A DNA stretch of 64,000 nt from Mobula hypostoma (Eukaryota). Positions 13,001 to 28,000 of the stretch are shown one piece after another. The notes under the pieces were generated by a model that was not told where the DNA came from, did no database searches, and saw only the letters and a list, made by a program, of their open reading frames with translations. The DNA is taken from positions 251,164,001 to 251,228,000 of the forward strand of contig NC_086097.1 in NCBI RefSeq assembly GCF_963921235.1, in the 5' to 3' direction. The number at the start of each line of letters is the position of its first letter. Position 1 is the stretch's first letter. Both the position numbers and the translations under genes were made by a program.

Positions 13001-16000
13001 TCATGATCTTATAAACCTCTAACAGATCTGCCTTTAGCCTCTGCTGCTCCAAAGAAAACAACCCAAATTTCTCCAACTCCCGCCCCCCCCCCCCGCATTA
13101 CAGCACGTCTTCTAATACAGGCATCTCTTACGATGTTACGGATCCTCATCATTAGGCTCCAGATAAAAGAGATAATATTCATGAGAAATAAAAATAGCAT
13201 TTTACACTGCCATCATTTCAAAAACTTAAACACAGATGTGCTGCTGAAGAAAATCTATACAAACAGAAAACTCCTACCGTTACAACTTTATCCAGTTCCA
13301 ACAGCAAGTGATCGTCAGTAGATTCTTTCCACTTTAACAGCTGCTTCACTTCTGCAGCACTGAGGGCAGAAGATCGGGGGGTCTGGAGCCCGTCTACCTC
13401 CATAGGACCACCTTCTTCTCCACAGCTGGCCTACGGGACAATTACAAGCATCATTCAATCAAACTTATCCACAATTAATTTAATACACATACATGACATA
13501 TAAAGAGGATGCAGTCCAAGTTGCATGCCATCTTGGACAATGTCTCCCATCCACTACATAATGTACTGGTTGGCCACAGGAGTACATTCAGCCAGAGACT
13601 CATTCCACCAAGATGCAACACAGAGCGTCATTGCAAGTCATTCCTGCCTGTGGCCATCAAACTTTACAACTCCTCCCTTGGAGGGTCAGACACCCTGAGC
13701 CAATAGGCTGGTCCTGGACTTATTTCCTGGCATAATTTACATATTACTATTTAACTATTTATGGTTTTATTACTATTTAATTATTTATGGTGCAACTGTA
13801 ACGAAAACCAATTTCCCCCGGAATCAATAAAGTATGACTACTATATGTACTTTGATTATAAATTTCCTTTGAACTTTGTCACCATATACAACTCTGAGAT
13901 TGTATTTACTGTGAATGTCCACAAGAAAATTAAAGAAACACAACAGAATCAATGAAAAGTCACAAAGATGAACAAAAAAACGTGCAAAAGACAACAAACT
14001 CTTCAAACACAAAAAGAAAAATAAATAAGCAATAAATATCGAGAACATGAGATGAAGAATTCTTGAAAGTGAATCCATAGGTTGTGGGAACAGTTCCATG
14101 GTGGGGCAAGTGAAGCTGAGTGAAGTTATCCCTCTGATTCAACAGCTTGATGGTTGAGGGCTAATAACTGCTCCAGAACCTAGTGGTGTGGTCCTGAAGC
14201 CCCTGTACCTCCTACCTGATGGCAGCAGTGAGAAGAGTATATTGTACTTCAACCCACAGCAGTACTGCTTTTCCACAACAAATTTCCTATTATTCCTGTC
14301 TGTCTCTCAAATTTACCAATTCCAATAATATCATGAACTTCAAGATCATAAAAAAATTACAAAATATCAACAACACAGATTTTATTAACCCGATGAACCA
14401 CATCCTTTCATTCCCAAATGACTAAGCCCAAAGTTTAATTATCTACAAATTTGCTCTTTACACAACTGTTGCTGGCAAATCTCAGATTGTGATGAGATGT
14501 ACTGGAGTAAGATAGGTCAGCTGGTTGAGTGCTGTTGCAACAACAAACTTGCACTCAACACCAGTAGGAGCAAAGGAATTGATTACGGACTTCACGAAGG
14601 GGAAGTCAAGGGAACACACGTTAGTCCTCATTGAGGGATCAGCAATGGAAAAGTAAACAGTTACAAGTTCCTGGCTGTCAACATCACTGAAGATCTATCC
14701 CTGGCCCAACATATTGATGCAATTATGAAGAAGACAAGCCAGAGGCTATACTTCAATAGAGTTTGAGGAGATTTGGTTTGTCACCAAAGACTTTTGCAAA
14801 TTTCTACAGGTGTACTGTGAAAAGCATTCTAACTGGGTGCATCACCGTCTGGTACAGAGGGGCCACCGCACAAGGTCAGAACAAGCTGCAGGAAGTTGTA
14901 AACTGAGCTAGCTCCATTGTGGGCACTACATGGAGAACATCTTCAAAAGACGGTGCCTCAATAAGGCAGCAGCCATCATCAGAAGAGGCCCTCATCTCAT
15001 TAGGAAGGATACAAGAACCTGAAGACACACACTGAGCGTTTTAGAAACAGTTTCTACCCCTCCAGCAGCAGATTTCTGAACAGTTCAGGAACACTACTAA
15101 ACTATTTTGCTCTCTTTTTGCACTATTTATTTTGTATATGTTCTTACTGTAATTTATATTAACTGTTTCATAATGCACTGTACTACTGTTGCAAAACATA
15201 TTCACAACAAATATCAGTGGTAATAAACCTCATTCAGATTCAAGCAACTAATTATGTAAATAGCCAGTGTTCTTAAACTCTAAAAGCACTTTGTGTGGTT
15301 TGTAACTAATCCCTTCTAGGTGCTGGGGTAGTGGTAGTGGCAGACATATTAGGGACAATTAAGAGACTCTTAATCACGCGGATCATGAAAAAATGGAGGG
15401 CTATGTGGAAAGGAAAGGTTAGATTGATCTTAAGATTAGGTTAAAAGTCAGCACAACATTGTGGGGCAAGGGGCCTGTAATGTTCTATGCTCTAATTAAC
15501 AATGTTAACGGAAGACTATGAGTTCAATCAACAGTTTAATGGGAATTGAACCAAGGAGCAGGAGGTGGTTCCCGATGAGAATTTGGCGCTGTGACTAAAA
15601 CTATACCCAACTACTGCAGAAAAGAGCTCTGACATTTATGTGCACATTTAGACTGATCTGTTATTTCCCGACGACGGTAACTGTGCATAGGGCAATATTT
15701 GCACGGCATTCACTACTATTAATGTTCCCTCATCTGAACACCTCAACCTTCCTCTTTGGTTGAATCCAAATCATACTGACCCTAGATGTGTGATGCTGAG
15801 TCTCGTGGCTGATAGACAGCCAAAGAGCCGAGTTTGTGATGAGCCCCGGTGAATGGGTTACAGATGAAACAAATACCTCTGCAAAGGCCTCTCCAATTTC
15901 CTCTCTAGACTTCCAAAAAGTCCAAGGATGCACTTAGTCAGGCCTGGGGATTTATCTCCCTTAATATGATACAAGGCTGCAAAAACCTCCACCATTAATA

Positions 16001-19000
16001 AGTGTTCTCCAAAACATCTCAAATATCTCATGAGCAACTACAACTTGCTCCTCAGTGAACATGGAGGAGAAATATTTGTTACTAATCAGAATCAGGTTTA
16101 TTATCACCGGCATGTAACGTGAAATTTGTTAACTTAGCAACAGCAGTTCAATGCAATACATAATAGAGAAAGAAAAATTTTTTAAAAGTGAAATAAAAAT
16201 AATAAGTAAATCAATTACAGTTTACATGTATTCAATAGATTTATGTAAAGTGTGAAAAACAGAAATACTGTATATTAAAAAAAGAGTGAGGCAGCATCCA
16301 AGGGTTCAATGTCCATTTAGGAATCGGATGGCAGAGGGGAAGAAACTGTTCCTGAATCGCTGAGTGTGTGTCTTCGGGCTTCTGATGGTAACAGTGAGAA
16401 AAGGGCATGCCTTGGGTGCTGGAGGTCCTTAATAATGGATGCTGCCTTACTGAGACACCACTCCCTGAAGATATCCTGGGTACTTTGTCACACATATCCT
16501 CATGCTCGAGACATAGGAAGCCTTGCTGATCTCTAAGAGGACCAAGTCACTCCCTAGCCACCCTTTTCTTAATGTAGTTACAGAACCTCTTGGGATTTTC
16601 CTAACCATACCTGCCAGATCCATCTCTCTCTGCCCTGATATCCCTCCAGTATTCTTAAGCGTTTTATAGTCATCAAGGGATTCGTTCAATCTCAATCTTT
16701 GGAACCCAACGTATGCTTCTTCTTTCTCTCACCAGATCCTCAATATCTCTCATCAGCCACGATTCCCTGAACTTGCCCGATTTACCCTTCAAACTAACAG
16801 GGACTCTAATCTATGAGCTGATCTAGCCTTTTCCATCACTATCTTAAAACTAACAGAATTAGGATCATTAGAGCAAATGTGCTCCCTGGCTGTTACCTCA
16901 GTGACTTACCCTGTCTTGTTCCCTAAGAGGGAAACAAAAGCTTAAAAAGACTACTTTATTTATCACATGCACATTGAAACATAGAGTCAAATGCATCACT
17001 TGCCTCAAATCAAATCAGTGAGCATTGTGCTGGGCCAGCCCACAAGTGTCGCCACACACTTGGACCAACATAGCATGCCTACAACTTACTAACCCTAACC
17101 TGTATGCCTTTGAGCGCGAAATTAAAACAGAGAAAATCGATGTGGTCACAAAGAGAATGCACAAATGCCTTACAGAGAGTGGTGGGAATTGAATCCCAAC
17201 TGGAGATCGCCGGCACTGTAAAGCAATTGCACTAACTATGGTGTGGTGTTGAGGAGATCCAGTACTGCACTCTCCTGAGCAGGGCTCAATGTATTGTCTC
17301 ATTTACCTATACCCCAAACAGTAAAGATTTGAACACTATCTGATTTTACAGTAAAATGCACCAATCACAAATATCATTATGCCATGTTTTAAAAAGGCAC
17401 AACTATGAATGTAGAATTGTTACAATCTTTTTTAAGCTGAAGTACTGATGAAATAAGTTATATTCATCACTTACCAAATTGTCTGTATTTATGATCTGCC
17501 GCAGGAAGTCCAACAACGTGGAAGCCACGTCAGCCATTTCTTTGTTGAAATTATGAACCACACGTTTTAGCAGGGAATAAAGTGCGTTATTAAATTGTCT
17601 CAAAGCACTATTAGGAGAGAGAAAAAGATTAAACCCATTCAGGTTAATTACATGTTCATATTCAAGCTTTTTCCAACATTTATTTGTTCACATAGGTAAA
17701 CTTGCACAAGATTTTCAAGAAAAGATTAAAATATCAGCAAAATTAACAAATTCCCATTATGGTAATGACTCTTTCAGTTATGTTTAAAAACTAGCTTTAT
17801 TTGCCATATGTACATTGAAACATACAGTGAAATGCGTCGTTTGCATCAAATCATATCAGTGAGGATTGTGCTGGGGTGTACACGTACATGTGTCTCCATG
17901 CTTCCAGCATCAACATAGCTAGAACTCAGTAACCGTAATTGGTACATCTTTGGAATGCAGCAGGAAAGTGGAGCACCTGGAGGAAACGCAAGTGGTCATG
18001 GAAATAAAGTACCACTCATTACAGACAGCAGTGGTAATTAAACCCTTATTGCTAGCGTTGTAAAGTGCTGCGCTAGCTAGTACACTACTACACTGCACAC
18101 ATTACATAGTGCATCAAACTGGTTGCATCACAATGTCTAGTATGGAGGGACCACTGCACAGGATCAGAAAAGGCTGCAAAGGACTGTAAACCCTGCCAAT
18201 TCCATCATGGACACTAACCTCCCCACCACTGAGGACATCTTCAAAAGCCGATGCGTGAAGAAAGCTGCATCCATCTTTAAGGAACCTCACCAGCCAGGAC
18301 ATGCCCTCTTCTCACTGCTACCATCAGAGAGGAGGTACAGGAGCCTGAAGACACACTCAACGTTTTAGGAACAGTATCTTCTCCTTCACCATCAGATTTG
18401 TGAAAATGACCAATTGCAGAAAACTGCAAAGGTGCACAGACATGCCAACAAATCAGAAGACAACTGATAGACAATTGTAGCAGTTAGCGCACTGCCTTAC
18501 ACTGCCAGCAATCACTGATGGGATTCAATTCCCACTGCTGTGTGTAATGAAATTGTACGTTCACCTCGTGACAGCGTGGGATTCCTCTAGCTGCTCCAGT
18601 TTCCTCCCACAGTCCAAAAATGTATGAGTTGGGGGTATTAAGTTCTGAGCATACTATGTTGGCACTGGAGGCGTGATGACACCAGCATAATCCTCGGTGA
18701 TGTGATTTGATGCAAATGACGCATTCACTGTATGTTTCAACGTACATGTGACAAATACAGCTAATCTCATCTTTAGAAACATATGCTAAGTGATGATATT
18801 TTTAAAAGTGAAAGGTATATGCATATGGTTAAAATAACAATAATCTTGAATTTGAACTTGAACTTGGAAAGTACCTCCAGGCAGAGTGTCAAGCATCAAA
18901 AGTTAGCACAGACAAGACAGTTACAGCAAGATGTCAAATTTGGTTTTAGAAACATAGAAACATAGAAAATAGGTGCAGGAGTAGGCCATTCGGCCCTTCG

Positions 19001-22000
19001 AGCCTGCACCGCCATTTATTATGATCATGGCTGATCATCCAACTCAGAACCCCGCCCCAGCCTTCCCTCCATACCCCCTGATCCCTGTAGCCACAAGGGC
19101 CATATCTAACTTCCTTTTAAACATAGCCAATGAACTGGCCTCAACAGTTTGCTGTGGCAGAGAATTCCACAGATTCACCACTCTCTGTGTGAAGAAGTTT
19201 TTCCTAACCTCGGTCCTAAAAGGCTTCCCCTCTATCCTCAAACTGTGACCCCTCGTTCTAGACCTCCCCAACATCGGGAACAATCTTCCCGCATCTAGCC
19301 TGTCCAATTCCTTTAGGATCTTATACGTTTCAATCAGATCCCCCCTCAATCTTCTAAATTCCAACGAGTACAAGCCCAGTTCATCCAGTCTTTCTTCATA
19401 TGAAAGACCTGCCATCCCAGGAATCAATCTGGTGAACCTTCTTTGTACTCCCTCTATGGCAAGGATGTCTTTCCTCAGATTAGGGGACCAAAACTGCACA
19501 CAATACTCCAGGTGTGGTCTCACCAAGGCCTTGTACAACTGCAGTAGTACCTCCCTGCTCCTGTACTCGAATCCTCTCGCTATAAATGCCAGCATACCGT
19601 TCGCCTTTTTCACCGCCTGCTGTACCTGCATGCCCACTTTCAATGACTGGTGTATAATGACACCCAGGTCTCGTTGCACCTCCCCTTTTCCTAATCGGCC
19701 ACCATTCAGATAATAATCTGTTTTCCTATTTTTGCCACCAAACTGGATAACTTCACATTTATCCACATTAAATTGCATCTGCCATGAGTTTGCCCACTCA
19801 CCCAACCTATCCAAGTCACCCTGCATCCTCTTAGCATCCTCCTCACTGCTAACACTGCCACCCAGCTTCGTGTCATCCGCAAACTTGGAGATGCTGCATT
19901 TAATTCCCTCATCCAAGTCATTAATATATATTGTAAACAACTGGGGTCCCAGCACTGAGCCTTGCGGTACCCCACTAGTCACCGCCTGCCATTCTGAAAA
20001 GGTCCCGTTTATTCCCACTCTTTGCTTCCTGTCTGCTAACCAATTCTCCACCCACACCAATACCTTACCCCCAATACCATGTGCTTTAAGTTTGCACACT
20101 AATCTCCTGTGTGGGACCTTGTCAAAAGCCTTTTGAAAATCCAAATATACCACATCCACTGGTTCTCCCCTATCCACTCTACTAGTTACATCCTCAAAAA
20201 ATTCTATGAGATTCGTCAGACATGATTTTCCTTTCACAAATCCATGCTGACTTTGTCCGATCATTTCACCGCTTTCCAAATGTGCTGTTATCACATCCTT
20301 GATAACTGACTCCAGCAGTTTCCCCACCACCGACGTTAGGCTAACCGGCCTATAATTCCCCGGTTTCTCTCTCCCTCCTTTTTTAAAAAGTGGGGTTACA
20401 TTAGCCACCCTCCAATCCTCAGGAACTAGTCCAGAATCTAACGAGTTTTGAAAAATTATCACTAATGCATCCACTATTTCTTGGGCCACTTCCTTAAGCA
20501 CTCTGGGATGCAGACCATCTGGCCCTGGGGATTTATCTGCCTTCAATCCCTTCAATTTACCTAACACCACTTCCCTACTAACATGTATTTCGCTCAGTTC
20601 CTCCATCTCACTGGACCCTCTGTCCCTTACTATTTCTGGAAGATTATTTATGTCCTCCTTAGTGAAGACAGAACCAAAGTAATTATTCAATTGGTCTGCC
20701 ATGTCCTTGCTCCCCATAATCAATTCACCTGTTTCTGTTTGCAGGGGACCTACATTTGTCTTTATCAGTCTTTTCCTTTTTACATATCTATAAAAGCTTT
20801 TACAGTCCGTTTTTATGTTCTCTGCCAGTTTTCTCTCATAATCTTTTTTCCCCTTCCTAATTAAGCCCTTTGTCCTCCTCTGCTGAACTCTGAATTTCTC
20901 CCAGTCCTCAGGTGAGCCACTTTCTCTGGCTAATTTGTATGCTACTTCTTTGGAATTGATACTATCCCTAATTTCTCTTGTCAGCCACGGGTGCACTACC
21001 TTCCTTGATTTATTCTTTTGCCAAACTGGGATGAACAATTGTTGTAGTTCATCCATGCAACCTTTAAATGCCTGCCATTGCATATCCACCGTCAATCCTT
21101 GAAGTGTCATTTGCCAGTCTATCTTAGCTAATTCATGTCTCATACCTTCAAAGTTACCCCTCTTTAAGTTCAGAACCTTTGTTTCTGAATTAACTACGTC
21201 ACTCTCCATGTTAATGAAGAATTCCACCATATTATGGTCACTCTTACCCAAGGGGCCTCTCACGACAAGATCGCTAATTAACCCTTCCTCATTGCTCAAA
21301 ACCCAGTCCAGAATAGCCTGCTCTCTAGTCGGTTCCTCGACATTTTGTATCAAGAGATGCTGAATACCAAATCAAAAAGGTAGCACTGAACTTGCAAAAG
21401 ATCTTGGGCTAAATTTGAAGTCCTCTGTTCAGATAGGATTAGAATACAAGAGCAAGGCTGTAATGCTGAGGCGTTATGAGGCATTGTTCAGGCCACACAT
21501 GGAGAATTGTGAGCTAAGAAAAAAATGTGCTGGCATTGGACAGGGTCCAGAGGGGATTCATGAGTATGATTCTGGGAATAAAAGTGTTAAGATATGAGGA
21601 GAATTTCATGGCTCTGGGCCTGTACTCACTGCAGTTTAGAAGAATGAAGGTGGCTCTCATTGAAACCTATCAGTTATTGAAGGGCCCGGATAGAGAAGAT
21701 GTGGAGAAGATGTTTCCTATAGTGGGGGAGTCTAGGATCAGAGGGCACAACTTCAGATTAGAGGGACGTCCACTTAGAACAGAGATGAGGAGAAATTTCT
21801 TTAGCCAGAGGGTGGTGAATCTATGGAATTCATTGCCACGGACGGCTATGGAGGCCACGTCATTAGGGTTATTTAAGGCGGAGGCTGATAATTCTAGATT
21901 AGTAAAGGGCATCAAAGGGAGAAAGCAGGAGAATGGGGTAGAATGGTGTAAATCAGCCATGATGGAATGGCAGAACAAACTCAATGGGCTGAATGGCCCA

Positions 22001-25000
22001 ATTCTGCTCCTACGTCCTATGGTTAACCCAAGTTATCCTTAAAAGAATTATTTTCTTAAAAGTTATTTTTCTTAAATTTCTCTGATTTCTCAGAAGCAGC
22101 AGCAGAAAGTTGTAAACTCATCAAGCTCCATCACAGGCACTAGCCTCCCCAGCATCCAGAACATCCTCGAAAGCAACGCCTCAAGAAGGTAGTATCCAAC
22201 ATTAAGGACGCCTATCACCCAGGACATGCCCTCTATTCTCGTTGCTACCATCAAGGAGGTACAGGAGCCTAAAGACACACACTCAATATTTTAGGAACAG
22301 CTTCTTCCCCACCACCATCAGATTTCTGAATGGACACTGAACCCATGAACACTACCATGTACTTTTTTTTTGCACTACTTACTTAATTTAATTTTTTTAT
22401 TTTTGCAAGATGGTGCATGCGAACATGGTGACATTCTGGGGGCTATGTATTTTAATTGATTCTATTAAAATTATTAATCTGTTAGGATCAATTGAGTGTG
22501 CCTGCAAGAAAGTGTATCTCAGGGTTGTATATGGTGACATATCTGGACTCTTGATAATAAATTTACTTTAAATTTTATATATATATTTTTTTCTCAGTGT
22601 AATTTATAATTTTTTTATTATCATGTATTGCAATGTACTGCTGACACTAAACATCAAATTTCATGACATGTGCCAGTGAATCAAGCCTAATTCTGATTCT
22701 GAAAAAGGAATCAAAACTGAATGAGCTATTCATATATATTACACAGTTCTCCATCATAGCCTTGCAAGAGAATAGGGTACAAAATCAGCACCAGAAACTG
22801 TAAGCCACCACCTATAAGCTGAGCACCAAAGACTAGCATTCCAGGAAGATACAATGAGGACATTACTTCAGCAGCCATTTCAAGATACTGTGAAGATGAG
22901 CAGAAGTCGATCTTTAGACTTTGTCCTTTCATTAATTTATTCTAATGATATCCCTTCAAATCACCATGAATTCTCAACTTTAGAACATAGAACAGCACAG
23001 GAACAGGCCCTTTGGCCTACAATGTTGTGGCAAACCAATTAAATTAGTAATCAAATGGCCAACTAAACTAATCCCTTCTGCTCACACAATGTCCATATAC
23101 TTCCAATTTCCTCACATTCATCTGCCTATCGAAATGTTTCTTAAAAAGTCTCTAATGTATCTGCCTCTACCACCACCCCAGGCAGCACATTCCAGGCACC
23201 CACCACTCTCCGTGTAAAAAAAAACTTGCCCCTCACATCTCTTTTGAAATTACTCCCTCTCATCTTAAACACATGCTCTCTGGTATTAGGCATTTCATAC
23301 CTTATAAAAGACAGTGTCTGTCTATTCTATTTATGCCTCTCATAATCTTATAACCCTCAGATCTCCCCTCAGTCTCCATCGCTCCGGAGAAAACAACCTT
23401 AGTTTATTCAGCCTCTCATGATAGCACATGTCCTCTAATCCAGCCAGCATCTTGATGAAACTCTTCTGCACCCTCTCCAAAGCCTTCCTATAGTGGGATG
23501 ACCAGAACTGTATGCAATTCTCCAGATATGCCCCACCTAGAGTTTTACAAAGGTACAACATGTTAATCGGTAAATTATCGGTGAGTGCTAAATTTTAGTA
23601 ATGACTAGACAACGGGGTGACCCGTTGGGGCACCCTTTGAGAGAAGGGTAGTGCAGTCTGATGTGACCAGAATGAACATTAAATTTTCCTGAATGCTATT
23701 GGTATCACTTTGTTTTGGAAACTGAAGTAGAAAACCTCAGTTTATTAAAGAAGAACGATGTGTAGCAAAGCAAATATAGCTTCTCCTCGTTTAACGAAGG
23801 ACACTTTTGATGGCATCATTTCCGGTTTATCTGCCATCCTCGTGCCTCTCGTTGTCTTTCTGGAGGCGTGCATGCCTCTCCTCCCCTGTCTCTTCTTCTC
23901 TCATCTTTTTTTGTCCTGACTCTTTGATCCTGGAGTCATGCGGCCCTGGCCTCATCCAAATCTTAGAACAATTTGGCGCCATCTCTTGACCATACGGCAT
24001 AATTAGGCTGACCATTTTTTTTTACCCTAATGCTGGATAGAAGATACGAAGCAGTAATACCAAAGGATGCTGATTATTATTGATGATGTGGTTGGTGCTC
24101 TCCTAAATGGACGTGATATAGTCACTGCTGTCCTTTGACTGCAGCAAATGGTTTTATGGATGTCTCGAAGTACGTCATTACAATAAGATTTAATAATCTC
24201 TTTTTGATGGGTGGCAGTTAGATCTGTCCCAATCCTGCACATGCTGATGGTGATGAGCAGAATGTGACTCCTCGAAATAGAGCTGCCCTGCCCTTTTGCT
24301 CCAGTAGGTGTCGCTGCTGAGGCTGGCCGTGCACATGCGTCGGGCTGTCGCGTCCCCATTTCTACGATGGCGGATTGGCTCTCAGGTTAAAAGGGAGCCT
24401 GTTGATTTTTGCTAATGAGCAATTTTATACGAATATATAACCCTGAACTTTGCCGGCACTCTGTAAGTTAGCGCATTTTAATTCGATTTAGCCAAAAAAA
24501 GTGCCGCTGTAATGCACCGTTTGTGCTAATTGGAGGACACAGACAGACAGACGGACAGAGCATGAGAGTTTTAGTATTATATAGATAACAATTCTAACAA
24601 TGGTTGATTCTTACAGGAACCTACTGCAGAGGAGATTTGAGAATGTTGCCGGAATTCAAGGGACTGAATTATGGAGAGAGGGTGAGCAGGTTGGAGCTTT
24701 TATTTCACTGGAGTGTAGGAGATCTCATTGAAACCCATCAAGTCTTCAAAGGCATAGTTAGAGGAATTTTCCTGTAACGGGGGAAGTCTAGGGCAGAGGG
24801 CACAACTTTACAAAAGAGGGACATCCATTTAGAATAGAAGATGAGTAGGAATTTCTTTAGCCAGAGGGTGGTGAATCTGTGGAACTCGTTGCCACAGATG
24901 GGTGTGGAGACTGAGTCATTGAGTGTATTTAAGGTGGAGGTTGATAGATTCTTGATGTCCAATATCCCATTTTGGAATTAAGACTCATCTTCGGGGGTAA

Positions 25001-28000
25001 TTGAATGGTCCAAACAGTATAAATTGAATTATCCTGTTTGCTCCTATCCTGTGAGGCAGCATGGTGGTATAGCAGTTAGCACAACACTATTACACTCAGG
25101 GGTTTGGACTTCAGTTCTGGCATCACCTGTAAGGAGTTTGAATATCCTCCCTGTGAACTTCCCCCGGATACTCCCGTTTCCTCCCAGTCCAAAGACGTAC
25201 CAGTCATTGTAAATTGTCTTGTGATTGGGCAAGGGTTAAGTCGGCGTGTTGCTCGGCAGTGTGGCTCGTTTGAGCCAGAAGGGCCTGTTCTAAGCTGTAT
25301 CTCTAACTAACAAACTACATAAATGTCTTTTACCATTACTGACATGTTATCTTAGACTGTAATTATTGGCTAACTACGATTCTTTCAAATGGAATAAAAT
25401 CTTGGCGGGAGGAGAAGATGGCAGTGCAACACAGTTCGCAGTGGCCACTCCGGTGGTGATGTCTGTTATTTGTCAAGTAGGGTGCCGTGCACAATCCTGA
25501 TCTGATGGAGACAGGTGTGAGCACGGAGGAACATCTAGTGAAACTTCTGAAATGCCTGCTTTGCTGCTGCTGCTACTGTGTGATCCAGAATCTCCGGAGG
25601 AGAAGGCCCCGAGTCCTCGGCTTTGCTTGTTGCTCGGCGGCCCGGCGAGGTCAAAGCGGTCGGCAAAGGATGGTGCTCGGAGAGGCTGTGTCGGAGGGGC
25701 TGGTCGGAGGGTTGAAGTTTTTGGACGGACTCAGAGTCTGCTGCGGTCAGGTGCTTCCAGTGGTGCTGCATCGGCAAGTTGGCAGCGCTTGGAGGTTCAT
25801 GGCGGGGAGAGCTCCTCCCTTCTGCCGCCTGCGTGGGATGATGAGTCTATCGGGACTTTGAGACTTTTTTTTACCGTGCCCATGGTCTGCTCTTTATCAA
25901 ATTATGGTATTGCTTTGCACTGTTGTAACTATATGTTATAATTATGTGGTTTTGTCAGTTTTAGTCTTGGTTTGTCCTGTGTTTTCTTATGATATCATTC
26001 TGGAGGAACGTTGTATCATTTTTTAATGTATGCATTTCTAAATGACAATAAACCAGGACTGAGTGTTCTCATAATCTAATCTAATCCTCTGCAGAAGCTT
26101 ATTCAGAGCAAATCCACTCATGCCACCATTTTAATTAGCAGCTTACAATTATTTGAGCAATTTGAAAGACCCTCTCAACCCCATTCTCCTGCCTTCTTCC
26201 CATAACCTTTGATGCCCTTACTAATCAAGAACCTATCAACCTCCGTTTTAATTATACCCAACGACTTGGCCTCCACAGTCATCTGTGGCAATGAATTCAA
26301 CATTCACCACCACTGGCTAAAGAAATTCCTCCTCATCTCTGTTCTAAATGGAATCTGAGGCTCTGACCTCTGGCCCTAGACTCCCCCTGCTATAGGAACC
26401 ATTCGCTCAATGAGATTTCTCCTCATTCTTTTATAGAGTACAGACCCAGAGACATCAAATGTTTCTCACATGTTAACTCTATAATAAATTTGCCATGATG
26501 GAATGGCGGAGCAGACTTGATGAGCTGAATGGCCTATTTCTGCTTCTATGCCTTATGATCTTATGGAAAGCGATTCCAAAAACATTACCTCTTCAAATAG
26601 AAAAATCCATATTCATGTTCTGCCAAAAATATCATGGTCCTGAGGCAGGTAAGAACTGTGGTAAATGTGGTCTCATTATTAGCCAGTGCTTGCAAGAAAG
26701 TATCACAAATTAATGACAAAAACTCTCCACTGGGCAGGGAACTGGACAGCTGCTCCAGGTCAGTACCAGATCCTTCAGATGAATTATTCAAGATTAATGA
26801 AATGTCCTGCAAAGGTGGTAAGAATAAAAAAAAACTATTAGAACACTGTTGATACCTTACATTCCACTTGCATTAAAATGTAATTCAAGACTCCCCCGTA
26901 TATTTAAATCTAGTATTTCTACTTCCTATATGTAATATTTTACACAAACAACAGGAATTCTGCAGATGCTGGAAATTCAAGCAACATACATCAAAGTTGC
27001 TGGTGAACGCAGCAGGCCAGGCAGCATCTATAGGAAGAGGCGCAGTCGACGTTTCAGGCCGAGACCCTTCGTCAGGACTAACTGAAGGAAGAGTGAGTAA
27101 GGGATTTGAAAGCTGGAGGGGGAGGGGGAGATGCAAAATGATAGGAGAAGACAGGAGGGGGAGGGATAGAGCCGAGAGCTGGACAGGTGATAGGCAGAAG
27201 GGGATACGAGAGGATCATGGGACAGGAGGTCCGGGAAGAAAGACGGGGGGGGGGTGACCCAGAGGATGGGCAAGAGGTATATTCAGAGGGACAGAGGGAG
27301 AAAAAGGAGAGTGAGAGAAAGAATGTGTGCATTAATAAGAGTAACAGATGGGGTACGAGGGGGAGGTGGGGCCTAGCGGAAGTTAGAGAAGTCAATGTTC
27401 ATGCCATCAGGTTGGAGGCTACCCAGACGGAATATAAGGTGTTGTTCCTCCAACCTGAGTGTGGCTTCATCTTTACAGTAGAGGAGGCCGTGGATAGACA
27501 TGACAGAATGGGAATGGCATCCCCACTGATCTCCCTCCTGGCACTTATCCGTGTAAGCGGAACAAGTGCTACACATGCCCTTACACTTCCTCCCTTACCA
27601 CCATTCAGGGCCCCAAACAGTCCTTCCAGGTGAGGCATCACTTCACCTGTGAGTCGACTGGGGTGATATACTGCGTCCGGTGCTCCCGATGTGGCCTTTT
27701 ATATATTGGTGAGACCCGACGCAGACTGGGAGACCGCTTTGCTGAACATCTACGCTCTGTCCGCCAGAGAAAGCAGGATCTCCCAGTGGCCACACATTTT
27801 AATTCCACATCCCATTCCCATTCTGACATGTCTATCCACGGCCTCCTCTACTGTAAAGATGAAGCCACACTCAGGTTGGAGGAACAACACCTTATATTCC
27901 GTCTGGGTAGCCTCCAACCTGATGGCATGAACATTGACTTCTCTAACTTCCGCTAGGCCCCACCTCCCCCTCGTACCCCATCTGTTACTCTTTTTAATGC

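Noticed and set aside
25487..25941. 124-129 aa ORFs in the GC-rich element
   Set aside because: No recognisable motifs; open frames are expected by chance at high GC.
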